Source: Dehalococcoidia bacterium
Lineage (GTDB): Bacteria > Chloroflexota > Dehalococcoidia > Lucifugimonadales > JADFKI01
Length of the DNA: 64,000 nucleotides
Assembly: GCA_965222145.1 (NCBI GenBank)
Contig: CBDCTG010000001.1
Coordinates: forward strand, 684,146 to 748,145
Direction of reading: 5' to 3'
Part shown: positions 19,909 to 28,950 of the stretch, one piece after another
Numbering within the stretch: position 1 is the first letter of the stretch
Layout of the letters: each line of letters starts with the position of its first letter
Translations under genes and position numbers: made by a program
Notes under the pieces: model-generated
Told to the model about the DNA's origin: nothing
The model's input: only the letters and a program-made list of their open reading frames with translations
The model's database searches: none

Positions 19909-20262
19909 ATGCTCAGGATCAGATTGAGACGGGTCGGCGCAAAGAACCAGCCGAGTTATCGTATAGTTGTGGCGGATTCCAGGGCTGCGCGCGATGGCGC
20001 GTTCGTGGACTATCTCGGACACTACAATCCGCGCACCGATCCGCCCACCGTTGTGATGGACGAAGAGAAGGCGCGCAAGTGGCTTAGTGTGGGCGCACAG
20101 CCTTCGGATGCTGTGCAGCGCTTTATCGACAAGATGGGAGATCCGGAAGAAGCGCCGACGGCTGAAGTTTCCGCCGAAGCCGAGCCGTCCGCAGATGAAG
20201 ATGCGGATGCTGCCGAGGTTTCCGAGACAACCTCCGAGACAGAGACGGCTAGTGCCGAATGA
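19909..20262 (+). CDS. rpsP: 30S ribosomal protein S16 with acidic C-terminal extension
   Basis: MLRIRLRRVGAKNQPSYRIVVADSRAARDGAFVDYLGHYNP is canonical S16, followed by a D/E/A-rich tail of about 35 aa. Confidence 0.95.
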   Translation: MLRIRLRRVGAKNQPSYRIVVADSRAARDGAFVDYLGHYNPRTDPPTVVMDEEKARKWLSVGAQPSDAVQRFIDKMGDPEEAPTAEVSAEAEPSADEDADAAEVSETTSETETASAE

Positions 20263-20489
20263 AAGATATAGTCGAGTACATAGCTAAGGCAATTGTCTCG
20301 CACCCCGATGAAGTGGTGGTCACCGAGGAAGAAGAGGGCGAAGGACTCATCATCCTCAACCTTGAGGTTGCATCTTCCGACAAGGGCAAAGTAATCGGTC
20401 GACAGGGTAGAGTGGCGCAGTCAATTCGTGCCCTGTTGCGCGTAGCCGCCGTTAAGGACGGCACAAGAGTCATCCTTAAGATTGACTGA
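20259..20489 (+). CDS. KH-domain RNA-binding protein (YlqC/UPF0109)
   Basis: 76 aa with the GKVIGRQGRVAQSIRALL GXXG KH motif. ATGA overlap with the rpsP stop. This is the conserved position between rpsP and rimM. Confidence 0.85.
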   Translation: MKDIVEYIAKAIVSHPDEVVVTEEEEGEGLIILNLEVASSDKGKVIGRQGRVAQSIRALLRVAAVKDGTRVILKID

Positions 20490-21015
20490 TCCTTCCCGTC
20501 AAGTCGCCATGTCAGCTAAGCAGGAATCACCCGTCATTGTAGGCAAAATACGCTCCGCATGGGGGCTGCGTGGTGATGTAGGCGTTGAGGTGCTGTCGGA
20601 CGCTCCCGAACGTTTTGCTGTAGGAAGCGTCTTGTGGCTCAAGGGCAAACCCACTCGGGTGGAGCATGCCCGCAAGAGCAAACGCGGTATTACCGTAAAG
20701 CTGGACGCCGTCAACAATCGCACGCAGGCTGAAGCGCTGCGAGGCGAAGACCTGACCGTGCTGCTGGACCAGGTGGAGCCATTGCCCGATGGCACGTACT
20801 ACCACTTCCAGATTCTGGGCATGCGCGTTCTGACGGACGACGGTGAGCAGCTCGGCTCAGTCAGCGAGATAATCGTCACAGGCAGCAACGACGTGTATGT
20901 CGTTCACCAAGAAGGCCGGCGTGACATCTTGATACCTGCGCTGCCGGATGTGGTTCTGGATGTCAACCTTGACACCGCCACGATGCTGGTCGATTTGCCT
21001 GACGGATTGGCTTAG
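20482..21015 (+). CDS. rimM: Ribosome maturation factor RimM
   Basis: 177 aa with the VGKIRSAWGLRGDV N-terminal barrel and a PRC-barrel C-terminus (YYHFQILGMRV...DILIPAL). Operon context supports it. The start could be TTG 20482 or ATG 20509. Confidence 0.9.
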   Translation: MTDPSRQVAMSAKQESPVIVGKIRSAWGLRGDVGVEVLSDAPERFAVGSVLWLKGKPTRVEHARKSKRGITVKLDAVNNRTQAEALRGEDLTVLLDQVEPLPDGTYYHFQILGMRVLTDDGEQLGSVSEIIVTGSNDVYVVHQEGRRDILIPALPDVVLDVNLDTATMLVDLPDGLA

Positions 21016-21926
21016 TCCGCCGCTTCCTGCGCTGCTGCTTCCTCTTTGAACTCTGCGATGAGCCGATGCAGTAGCATAGCGTCCTCCTCCGGTAGCCCGA
21101 GCCTCGGAGGACGCGGATTGCCGATGGGCATGCCAACAGCCGCCATGGCGCACTTGGTCGCCGATACATACTTGTCGCCTGCGATGGCGTTCAGCAGGGG
21201 AATCATGCGGTTATAGAGAAGTAATGCCTCGCGGTGCCTGCCTTCGTCCATCAGATCGCAGACCGCCGCCGATTCCGCAGGCAGGAAATTGCCGATAACC
21301 GACACATATCCCTTTGCGCCCGCTGCCAGCGACTCAAACGGATGGTAACCGGCGAAGACCGACACGTCGTCGCTGATTCGGTGAATCTCGCGAACCCGTG
21401 ATATGTCGCCGCTCGATTCCTTGATGTAGCGTACATTCTCCAAGGTTCCCAGGCGAGCCACGAACTCCGGGCGCAGGTCAACATTAGCGGTATTCGGGTT
21501 GTTATAGACCATGATAGGGATGGAAACGGCGTCGCTGACGCGACGGAAGTGCTCGAAAAGCTCGTCCTCCGTGGGACTGGAGTAGTAGGGCGAGATTATC
21601 ATCAAGCCGTCTGCGCCGATTGCCTGTGCCTCAACCGAGAAGCGCACCGCCTTGTCGGTCCACTCGTCCGCAGTGCCGATGAGCACGGGAACTCGACCGT
21701 CAGCGGCTTCCACGATCGCCTTGACAATCTGCGTGCGCTCGTCATCGCTGACCGAAAGGAACTCGCCGGTGCTGCCGAGCGGAATAAGGCCGTGGCTGCC
21801 ACTCTCTATCTGCCAGTTAACGAGGCGGCGCAGGGCTTCGGTATCGATGCCGATGCCGTCCGCTGTGAAGGGCGTAGCAAGGACCGTGTGGCTGCCGCGA
21901 AATTCTTTGTGGGTGGGCATTGGCAT
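21012..21926 (-). CDS. Dihydrodipicolinate synthase/N-acetylneuraminate lyase family protein
   Basis: 304 aa DapA-family TIM barrel (VLATPF...GSTGEFLSVSDDER, YNNP, active-site region IKESSGD). The specific substrate cannot be determined. Confidence 0.85.
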   Translation of the reverse strand: MPMPTHKEFRGSHTVLATPFTADGIGIDTEALRRLVNWQIESGSHGLIPLGSTGEFLSVSDDERTQIVKAIVEAADGRVPVLIGTADEWTDKAVRFSVEAQAIGADGLMIISPYYSSPTEDELFEHFRRVSDAVSIPIMVYNNPNTANVDLRPEFVARLGTLENVRYIKESSGDISRVREIHRISDDVSVFAGYHPFESLAAGAKGYVSVIGNFLPAESAAVCDLMDEGRHREALLLYNRMIPLLNAIAGDKYVSATKCAMAAVGMPIGNPRPPRLGLPEEDAMLLHRLIAEFKEEAAAQEAAD

Positions 21927-21979
21927 GTGCTCCTAGGTATTTGGCATCGATAGACGGGATGGGGGTAGGATATTGAGAC

Positions 21980-22978
21980 TTAGGACGAGAGGCGGACTTT
22001 GAATTGGGATGGGTCTTGGCCTGTACGACCGATTACAGCGCGTGTCTTTCTGATGAGTGTCAATCTATGTCCGTGCGCCTCTACATGTAGAGGCCCGATC
22101 GATTTTGTCCATGCAAAAGGCCGCCCATCAGGATTAAATGGAGAATCAGACACTATGAAGTTTCTACTACTCCGAACATGAGGGTTCGCTTCAGTTAGAA
22201 GTTGATTGTCGTACAGCCAACGAACTGTTTCTGTTAGTAACATGAACCATCTGTCGATTTGAACCGAGTTTCCGTCAGGGAATCTTAATTCAGTGGGTAC
22301 TCTGTGTTCCTTCTCAGGGGAAAACTCAGAAATTGGGATCCAATCGCCTATTTCATTTACTTGGCTGGCACGTGCAGTGGGTTCTGATATTGCTGGCTGA
22401 ACTTGAGGTGTAGGTTCAGGCTCATGGAGCGGCAAATCAACTGGCTCTGTGGCATGTCGCTCTATTCTCTCCAGTCCAACAATCGGCTTCTCAGCTGCCA
22501 TAACGACCCCATACTCGACTGCGGCCCGCCAGAGTGCCATTGCTTTCAAACATGTGATTGGAGGCGATTGCCCTATGTCGAATCGCACAGTCAGTTTCTC
22601 GGCAATTGGAGCCATCTTGTGTGTCTCGTAGATTTCCCACTGCTGCCCGTCAGTAACGGCGAAATATCCGATCCCATCTTTGATGCAGTATCCGATTCCC
22701 TGCGAAGCAGCATCTTGCAATGGCGTTCCTAATTTCTTGGCTTCCACCATTACCGCGGGTTTGCCGTCTCTGAGCAGTGCGTAGTCTGCATATCCTCTGC
22801 CCAGTCGATACTCAGGCATCACCAGCGCAGGGTCGTCGGTGTCCCAACCTAGTTCGCGCAACAGGGGGTCGATTAGGGTGTAACGTGTCAGGGCTTCGCT
22901 CTGTCTGAGGGCTGCGCCGTGTTCGTCCATACGGCTGCGAAGTGTCTCGACGAGTTCAAGCAGGCTTTCGAGCGGCAT
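21980..22978 (-). CDS. Hypothetical two-domain protein: HsdR-N/PD-(D/E)xK nuclease-like N-domain plus unknown C-domain
   Basis: 332 aa. The N-terminus (SEALTRYTLIDPLLRELGWD...GYADYALLRDGKPAVMVEAKKLG...GYFAVTDGQQWEIY) follows the type I restriction R-subunit N-terminal domain pattern. A Pro/Glu linker follows, then about 140 aa with no motif I recognise. Confidence 0.6.
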   Translation of the reverse strand: MPLESLLELVETLRSRMDEHGAALRQSEALTRYTLIDPLLRELGWDTDDPALVMPEYRLGRGYADYALLRDGKPAVMVEAKKLGTPLQDAASQGIGYCIKDGIGYFAVTDGQQWEIYETHKMAPIAEKLTVRFDIGQSPPITCLKAMALWRAAVEYGVVMAAEKPIVGLERIERHATEPVDLPLHEPEPTPQVQPAISEPTARASQVNEIGDWIPISEFSPEKEHRVPTELRFPDGNSVQIDRWFMLLTETVRWLYDNQLLTEANPHVRSSRNFIVSDSPFNPDGRPFAWTKSIGPLHVEAHGHRLTLIRKTRAVIGRTGQDPSQFKVRLSS

Positions 22979-23087
22979 AAGAAATCCTTTCGCCGTTGAC
23001 TGGGCGGATTATAGCATGATGCCACATTGGTTCTGTATAATCCCTCTGGGCGACTGACGCGCTGATAGACTGAGCGAAAGAAAGAGG

Positions 23088-24020
23088 GTGCAGCCATTGA
23101 GGAAGCCACATGTGTTTGCGGGCAATCCGCTTGATAGGGGTGAGCGAGAACGTCGAGATGAGGACTGGATAGAAGCGCAGGCGCAGGATTCACGGAGCCT
23201 CTTTCTGCCGTTTAGTGAGCTTAATGTGCTGCTTGGCGTTGACCCTGAGCCGACACTTGGATGGCTGCCGCCGGATGCCATTCCGTCAGACAGCACGGTG
23301 AGTACGCCGACTTTGCTGGGCATGATGGACGGCTCAACTCGCTTCGCCATAGAGGTGAATGAAGACGCGGCTACGTTCATCGAGGACTGGACGGAGATGA
23401 AATTCGAGGATTGCAGGGCAGCAGGCGAGCTTCTGCCGGGTCCGGATGGGGGTATTGTCGCGCAGGCGCGAGCGCAGCTTGACTGGCATAGACGGCATCG
23501 CTTCTGCTCAGTATGCGGTCAGCCGTCAGAGAAGCGGCGCGGCGGTCAGGTGAGGTATTGCCCATCGTGCAAGGCGCAGCACTTCCCGCGCACTGACCCG
23601 GTTATCATCATGGTTGTCGCCGACACTGAAAATGATCGCTGCCTGTTAGGGCAGTCACGCGGACGGCTGCAGCGGATGCGTATGTATTCGGCGCTTGCCG
23701 GTTTTATGGACCAGGGCGAGGCGATAGAAGAGGCTGTGGCGCGCGAGATTATGGAGGAGTCCGGCATACAAGTAAAGAATGTGCGCTACCACTCGTCGCA
23801 GCCTTGGCCGTTTCCCTCGTCGCTGATGATTGGTTGCATTGCCGAAGCCGCCACGACGGAAATCAACATGGACGCCGAAGAGATGACTGATGTTCAGTGG
23901 TTTGAGCGGTCCGAAGTCCTGCTGGCACTGGAGGGCAAGAGCGAGCGCCTGACGGTGCCCGCGCCACTGGCGATAGCGCATCACCTAATCAAGGCTTGGG
24001 CGTATGGCGAGCAGCCATAG
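23088..24020 (+). CDS. nudC: NAD(+) diphosphatase / NAD-cap decapping Nudix hydrolase
   Basis: 310 aa with a zinc ribbon (CSVCGQPSEKRRGGQVRYCPSCKAQHFPR) followed by the Nudix box (GFMDQGEAIEEAVAREIMEESGI) and the SQPWPFP motif typical of NudC. GTG start. Confidence 0.85.
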   Translation: MQPLRKPHVFAGNPLDRGERERRDEDWIEAQAQDSRSLFLPFSELNVLLGVDPEPTLGWLPPDAIPSDSTVSTPTLLGMMDGSTRFAIEVNEDAATFIEDWTEMKFEDCRAAGELLPGPDGGIVAQARAQLDWHRRHRFCSVCGQPSEKRRGGQVRYCPSCKAQHFPRTDPVIIMVVADTENDRCLLGQSRGRLQRMRMYSALAGFMDQGEAIEEAVAREIMEESGIQVKNVRYHSSQPWPFPSSLMIGCIAEAATTEINMDAEEMTDVQWFERSEVLLALEGKSERLTVPAPLAIAHHLIKAWAYGEQP

Positions 24021-24023
24021 CAA

Positions 24024-25272
24024 TTAGCCAAGTCCGTCTTTCACAATTACTCCCTGTTGCATCACGAGGGCAATGTTGGAAGGGTTTCGCAGGACGCTGA
24101 TGTCGTCGAGAAGGTTGCCGTTCACTGCTACGAAGTCCGCGAACTTGCCTGCTTCGATAGTGCCTATGTCGTGCAGTAGTCCGATGTTGTCCGCGGCGTT
24201 GCGAGTGCCTGCGATGATGGCTTCCATCGGTGTTAAGCCGTATTCCACCATCAACTCGAACTCGTGAGCATTGTCGCCATGAAATACGAGCGGCATCGCG
24301 GCGTCCGTCCCTAGCGCGATTTTCACGCCCGACTGCTTCGCCAGAGCGATGGTATTGCGAGCATAGCCTTCCATGCGCTTTATCTGTTCCTCCGATCCCG
24401 GGTATGTCCACAGACCTTCCTCGATGGCTTTAGCCGCCGCCGGAGTTACTGAGAGAGTAGGGCACAGGTAGGTGCCTCGCTCCGCCATCGTGTCTGCCGC
24501 TTCCGCATCGAGAGGAAAGCCGTGCTCGATGGAGTCCACGCCCGCCCGGATGCATTTCTTGATTCCCTCAGTGTGAGAGTGCGCGTGTGCCGCGATCTTA
24601 ATTCCGGCGCGGTGCGCTTCCTGCACCCCGGGAATGAGTTCTTCGGTTATGTAACCGTCGCGTCCGCGGAAGGGCGGCGAGAGTGCCGGGCGACTGCCGC
24701 CGATGATCTTGATGGCATCTGCGCCTGCGACGGCCTGATACCGAATGGCCTTCAATACCTCGTCGGCGCCATCGGCAACATGAGCCATATCGTTGCTGTA
24801 CTCGGTACCGTGCCCACCGGTGTGCGTAACGCCTTTCCCTGCCGCGAGCAGACGTGGGCCAATGTGCTCGCCGGCTGCGAGGCTGTCGCGCAGCGCGAAG
24901 TTTTCATTTGGGCCGCCAAAGGTCACGGATGGTCGTGAAGCCCGCTTCTAGAGTCTTGTGGCAGGCGTTGACGGCATACAGCAGGCTGCGTCCCTTCATA
25001 TAGGCGTCGTCGCGTATTGGGACGTTGGACCGGCGCGGAGCGAGGCGGGGATCCGGGTAGCCCAGAATGTGCACATGGCAGTCTATGAAGCTAGGAAGCA
25101 GCGTCTTCCCGCTGAGGTCAATTTCAATCCCATCCGCAGGTGCAAGTAGTGAATCGGCGGGACCTATTTCGTCAATACGTCCATCCTTGACCAAAATAGA
25201 TTGGCTTTCGGTTGGCGCGCCGCCGTTACCGTCTATGATACGGGCGTTCTTCAGGAACAAGGTTTGTGTCAT
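24024..25272 (-). pseudogene. Amidohydrolase-family metallohydrolase with a +1 frameshift
   Basis: The N-part (25272 down to 24904: MTQTLFLKNARIIDGNG...SFIDCHVHI...GFTTIRDLWRPK*) and C-part (24926 down to 24024: ...GGPNENFALRD...AHAHS...HG...GTDA) together make one amidohydrolase. Removing one A/T from the run at 24918-24920 restores ...TTIRDLGGPNEN.... Confidence 0.8.
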
Positions 25273-25279
25273 AGTGCGT

Positions 25280-26739
25280 CTATCCCATACCACCTGTGAT
25301 TCCCTCCGGGATGCGGCGGGCGGCCTCTTCCGTGAGCCACTTGCGGTCAATCTTGTTTGTGCCTGAGACCGGTATCTCATCCACGAAGAACACGCGCCGC
25401 GGATGGGCGTAGGCGGGTCCGTTGCTGAAAAAGAACTGCTTCAGTTCCATCTCGTCGGTGTTCTCGCCCTTGTGCAGAACCACCCACGCCACTGGCGCTT
25501 CCCCTTTGACCTGATGGTGCGCCGATACTACTGAAACATCGGCGACTGCGGGATGCTGAAGAATGATTGTTTCTACTTCTTTGGGATATACATTCTCGCC
25601 GCCGCAGTTAATCATATCGTCCACACGACCCTGGAAGTAGATGTAGCCTTGTTCGTCGGCGTACACTAGGTCGCCGGACTTGACGAAGCCGTCCGGAGTC
25701 ATCTTTTCTGCGGTAACGTCCGGCTGCTTGTAGTAGCCGAGCAGGTTGGGTGGGCCCTTGCTCCAAAGTTCGCCAATTTCGCCGGGTTCGCAGTCGCGGC
25801 TATCGTCTTCAGGATCAACGATGGAACTTCGACATCCATGACAGGCAAGCCGCAGCTACCCAGCTTTTTGATTCCCCAGCGTGGGGAGAGCACATTCGCT
25901 CTCGCCTCGGTGAGTCCGTAGCTTTCGCTGACCTCGCATCCGAAGACGCGTTTTATCTCTTGCATCAACTCTTCGGGCACGGGCGCGGAGCCGCAGGACA
26001 GGTACTCAAAGGAGGTTACGTCGTTCGCCTGCAAGGCCTCGCGCTCGGCAAGCAGCAGGCTGTACATCGAAGGAGTGCCGGACATGAACGTCGGCTTGTG
26101 GCGGTCAATTGCCTCGATGACCGGCACAGCGGCGAAGTCCGGCAATATGGCGGCAGAGCCTCCGACATAGAGCATAGGCATCAGGCTGCCCCAGAGGGCG
26201 TTGGCATGGTATAGCGGCCCGACGATGAGAGCGCGATCGGACTGGACATTCATCATCGCGCGCGCACCTGAGCGGGCAGTCCACCACTTGCTAGCGTGGC
26301 TGAGGAGGCAGCCCTTTGGCCGACCCGTTGAGCCTGATGTGTACATCATCATGGCAACATCATCGTCCTCGACCTGTGCGGTGGTGAAACCGTCCCGCTC
26401 CGCCGCAAGCGAGGATTCGTAATCGAGCATGCCCGGAACGTCGCCATCGACAAGTAAGGTGTCCTCGATATTTGCCGCGCCGTTCTGGACCGCCTGCGCC
26501 TTGTCCAACAGTTCCTCGTGGGCGATGAGGATGCGCGAGTCGCTATGCTCTGCTATGAAAATTAGATTGTCGTTGCCGAGCTTGATGTTCGCGGGCACTG
26601 CAACGGCTCCAATGCGTATGATGCCGAAAAGTGTCTCGACGAAGCGGTAGTCGTTGGTCATCAGCAGCATGACCTTGTCGTCTCTCCTGATGCCGAGACG
26701 TGTCAAAGCGGCCGCCACCTTGGAGCTTGCCGCGCGTAA
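25280..26739 (-). pseudogene. AMP-dependent acyl-CoA synthetase/ligase, 5'-truncated and with an internal -1 frameshift
   Basis: The AMP-binding motif YTSGSTGRPKG is present. The reading frame breaks near 25823. The corrected frame gives ...MDVEVxIVDPEDDSRDCEPGEIGELWSKGPPNLLGYYKQPDVTAEKMTPDGF..., continuous with ORF 25280-25702. About 40-50 N-terminal codons expected upstream of VAAALTRLGI are missing. Confidence 0.8.
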
Positions 26740-27177
26740 TTAGCATGCGCCGCGCCGTGCCGTATGCGATTGGCAGGGCGGCGGCTTGCTCATAGGTACA
26801 TCATCGGGCAATGGGATGGCGTTGTCTGTAGATATAGCGAAATACTCAGACAGGCCGCCTGTGGCGCTTTCTCCGAGCGCGCCGCCTGTGCCGTCCGGCA
26901 TTGTGATTGCAGGGTCTATTAGCAGGCGCTGGCCTACTTTTACAGATGTCACGCCCTCACCGGTCGCGACGACCTTGCCCGCGATGTCGCCGCCGGATAT
27001 GCGCGGCAGGTCGATGGGCAGGCCCGGCATGCCGCGCCGCACGAATATGTCGAGGTAGTTCAGCCCGACAGCCTTGACGCGCAGCAGTATTTCACCGGCT
27101 GCGGGCACCGGGTCGGGAACATCGTCGAGGATGAGCTTGTCGCGCCCACCATGTTCATGTATGACGACTGCGCGCAT
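26720..27177 (-). pseudogene. Zn-ADH/quinone oxidoreductase (MDR) gene fragment: frameshifted, 3' two-thirds deleted
   Basis: The GroES-like N-domain is present (MRAVVIHEHGG...LLRVKAVGLNYLDIFVRRG...GGDIAGKVVATGEGV). The frame slips near 26786 (continuing AAALPIAYGTARRMLITRGKLQGG in another frame). It then runs straight into ligase sequence, and no Rossmann domain is present. Confidence 0.7.
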
Positions 27178-27184
27178 GTTGATC

Positions 27185-27604
27185 CTATCGCTGTGTGAGT
27201 GTCTCGCGCGGCGGGGCGCTGTTGACTAGTGTAGAGCGGCCGACAGCTACTAGCCTGCCTTCCGGCGTGCGTATTTCAACATCGGCGACGCCAACGGTGC
27301 GCCCGGTCTTGATCGCCTTGCCGTGAGCGATCAGGTCGGTGTCGGGGCCGACCATACGCAGGTAGTCCACCTGAAGGTTCATGTTGGGTGCGTCCTTGCC
27401 CGTGCTACTCATCATAGCAAAGCAAGTGGTCAGGTCCGCGAGGGTGGAAATGATGCCGCCATGCACGTTCAGGCGGTCGTCTGAGGCGAGGAACTCTTCG
27501 CGAAAGGGCAGGCGCACTTCCACATCGCCGGCGTCGGCGCGGAGTAATTCGAGCCCCAGCCACCGGTGAAGGGGGGATTCGTACATTCTCTTGTTCAGGT
27601 CCAT
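27185..27604 (-). CDS. PaaI-family hotdog-fold thioesterase
   Basis: About 139 aa (MDLNKRMYESPLHRWLGLELL...NVHGGIISTLADLT...GRTVGVADVEI), a typical PaaI/4HBT pattern. AAGAGG lies 9 nt upstream of the ATG at 27604. Confidence 0.8.
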   Translation of the reverse strand: MDLNKRMYESPLHRWLGLELLRADAGDVEVRLPFREEFLASDDRLNVHGGIISTLADLTTCFAMMSSTGKDAPNMNLQVDYLRMVGPDTDLIAHGKAIKTGRTVGVADVEIRTPEGRLVAVGRSTLVNSAPPRETLTQR

Positions 27605-27911
27605 CAAGTGCGCCTCTTGGTTGTCATATTTGGCAATTCTGCTGCCCCTCGATAGGTTCAAGTGAACGGTATGCTACAATCCGCGGGAGTGCCCAACGTT
27701 ATTTCTTGTACGAAGTCGCGCATGTTCCTCCGCCCTTGCCCGTATTCTAAAGCTGCTGCTCCCAGTTGAAAACCGTTTCTTTCAGATCGGTGACTTTCAT
27801 CCGGGTGTCCTCAGTAGCTGCGAATTTGCTTACCGCGATATGTTATACAGCGTGCCGCGTTATTTTAAATCTTGCCGTATTGGAATCTACGCGCAAGGGT
27901 TGAGCAAAAGA

Positions 27912-27939
27912 ATTGCGCCCAGTTTTCGCTGGGCGCAAT
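27912..27939 (-). terminator. Rho-independent terminator after the tautomerase gene
   Basis: Perfect 11-bp stem ATTGCGCCCAG / CTGGGCGCAAT with a 6-nt loop, 32 nt past the stop at 27971. On the minus strand it is followed by TCTTTTGCTC. Confidence 0.55.
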
Positions 27940-27970
27940 GGATTTCAGTCAAAGATGGTTGAGGCGAGGG

Positions 27971-28375
27971 CTAGTCGGCCGCGGCGTGTTCGAACCATTC
28001 AGGGCCCTCTTCGCCGGGTTCGGGCAGCACATGACCGCCTTCCATGGTCTGAGATGCCTTGCCCTCGGTGATCCTGCCGTCAATGTCGTCCGGAGAGATG
28101 CCGGTAATCTCGACAAAGGCGCCAATGAGGTCGCTAAGCAGCTTCTGCTTGACTTCCTCGGGCCTGCCAGCGCGGTTGCCGCCGTCCATGTAGTATGTAG
28201 CGTCGCTGTCGTAGCCGTTGTCGCCGCCCGCGGGGTACTCAATGAACTCGCAATGCACGAAGGTTCGCGGCGCGCCTGTGCTGCCACAGTGGATGTCAGT
28301 GAAGGCCTTGGCGACTGCCTTCCTCTTCTCGAACTCTACGGAGCCTTCAGGTACGATGCACTTGTAATACGGCAT
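27971..28375 (-). CDS. Tautomerase-superfamily protein (long 4-OT-like, Pro1 present)
   Basis: 134 aa beginning MPYYKCIV (Pro at position 2, which becomes N-terminal Pro1 after Met removal). Size and pattern fit the 'putative oxalocrotonate tautomerase' long-form family. Confidence 0.6.
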   Translation of the reverse strand: MPYYKCIVPEGSVEFEKRKAVAKAFTDIHCGSTGAPRTFVHCEFIEYPAGGDNGYDSDATYYMDGGNRAGRPEEVKQKLLSDLIGAFVEITGISPDDIDGRITEGKASQTMEGGHVLPEPGEEGPEWFEHAAAD

Positions 28376-28432
28376 ATTCTTCCCTTTCTTTTTGATGCCT
28401 TGTCTGCCTATTTCCTGCCTGATGATATTGGA

Positions 28433-28759
28433 TTACTGCGGGTCACGCGCGGACACTAGTAGCTCGTCAATTTCGCATCCTGTTTCGGCGGCCCACACGT
28501 TCAGTAACTGAGTCATCAGGTTTACGCGTGTATCTTGGTCTATCGGCTTAGTGAGTTGTCCTCGGACCGTTGACGTCGTGGATACTTCGCCTCCTCGGAA
28601 GCCAAAGCCGTTGCGAACCTCGTAATAACTGACGTCTATACCATCTTCGGCTATGCTGAGGACGGAGGCGCTGATACGCTTGATTTCGCCTGCCAGCTTG
28701 ACACGGAGGTCGTCAGGCACAACGCCTTCCTGCACAATGCAGGTGAAATTGATGTTCAT
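28433..28759 (-). CDS. Tautomerase-like paralogue lacking Pro1
   Basis: 108 aa. MNINFTCIVQEGVVPDD... aligns by eye with MPYYKCIVPEGSVEFE... of the downstream gene but lacks the N-terminal Pro. AAGGAG lies 6 nt upstream of the ATG at 28759. Confidence 0.45.
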   Translation of the reverse strand: MNINFTCIVQEGVVPDDLRVKLAGEIKRISASVLSIAEDGIDVSYYEVRNGFGFRGGEVSTTSTVRGQLTKPIDQDTRVNLMTQLLNVWAAETGCEIDELLVSARDPQ

Positions 28760-28950
28760 GTGCTGCTCCTTCGGACGCAGGCAAGATGCCGCGTATGAGA
28801 TTATCACAGGGTTGCCACTGTCTGCAAATGCTTGGAAGGCTTATTTCTATAGACTGGCAGACCAGTCGGTGTGCCGCCTGATTGTTGTAGAATATGCTGC
28901 TAGAATTCCTAACTTTTAAGCAGGTCTGAGATTCAGGAAGGAACCTTCAC

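Noticed and set aside
26708-26715. GCGGCCGC (NotI site) exactly at the oxidoreductase/ligase junction as a hint of an artificial join
   Set aside because: It simply encodes Ala-Ala-Ala in the ligase frame (VAAAL). The same octamer also occurs inside tRNA-Ser (62469-62476), so it is not evidence of cloning.
27747-27800. 17-codon mini-ORF (MKVTDLKETVFNWEQQL) with a GAGGA 8 nt upstream, in the 300-nt gap between the thioesterase and tautomerase genes
   Set aside because: It is too short to evaluate without conservation or ribosome-profiling data, and it may be a remnant of the decayed cluster.
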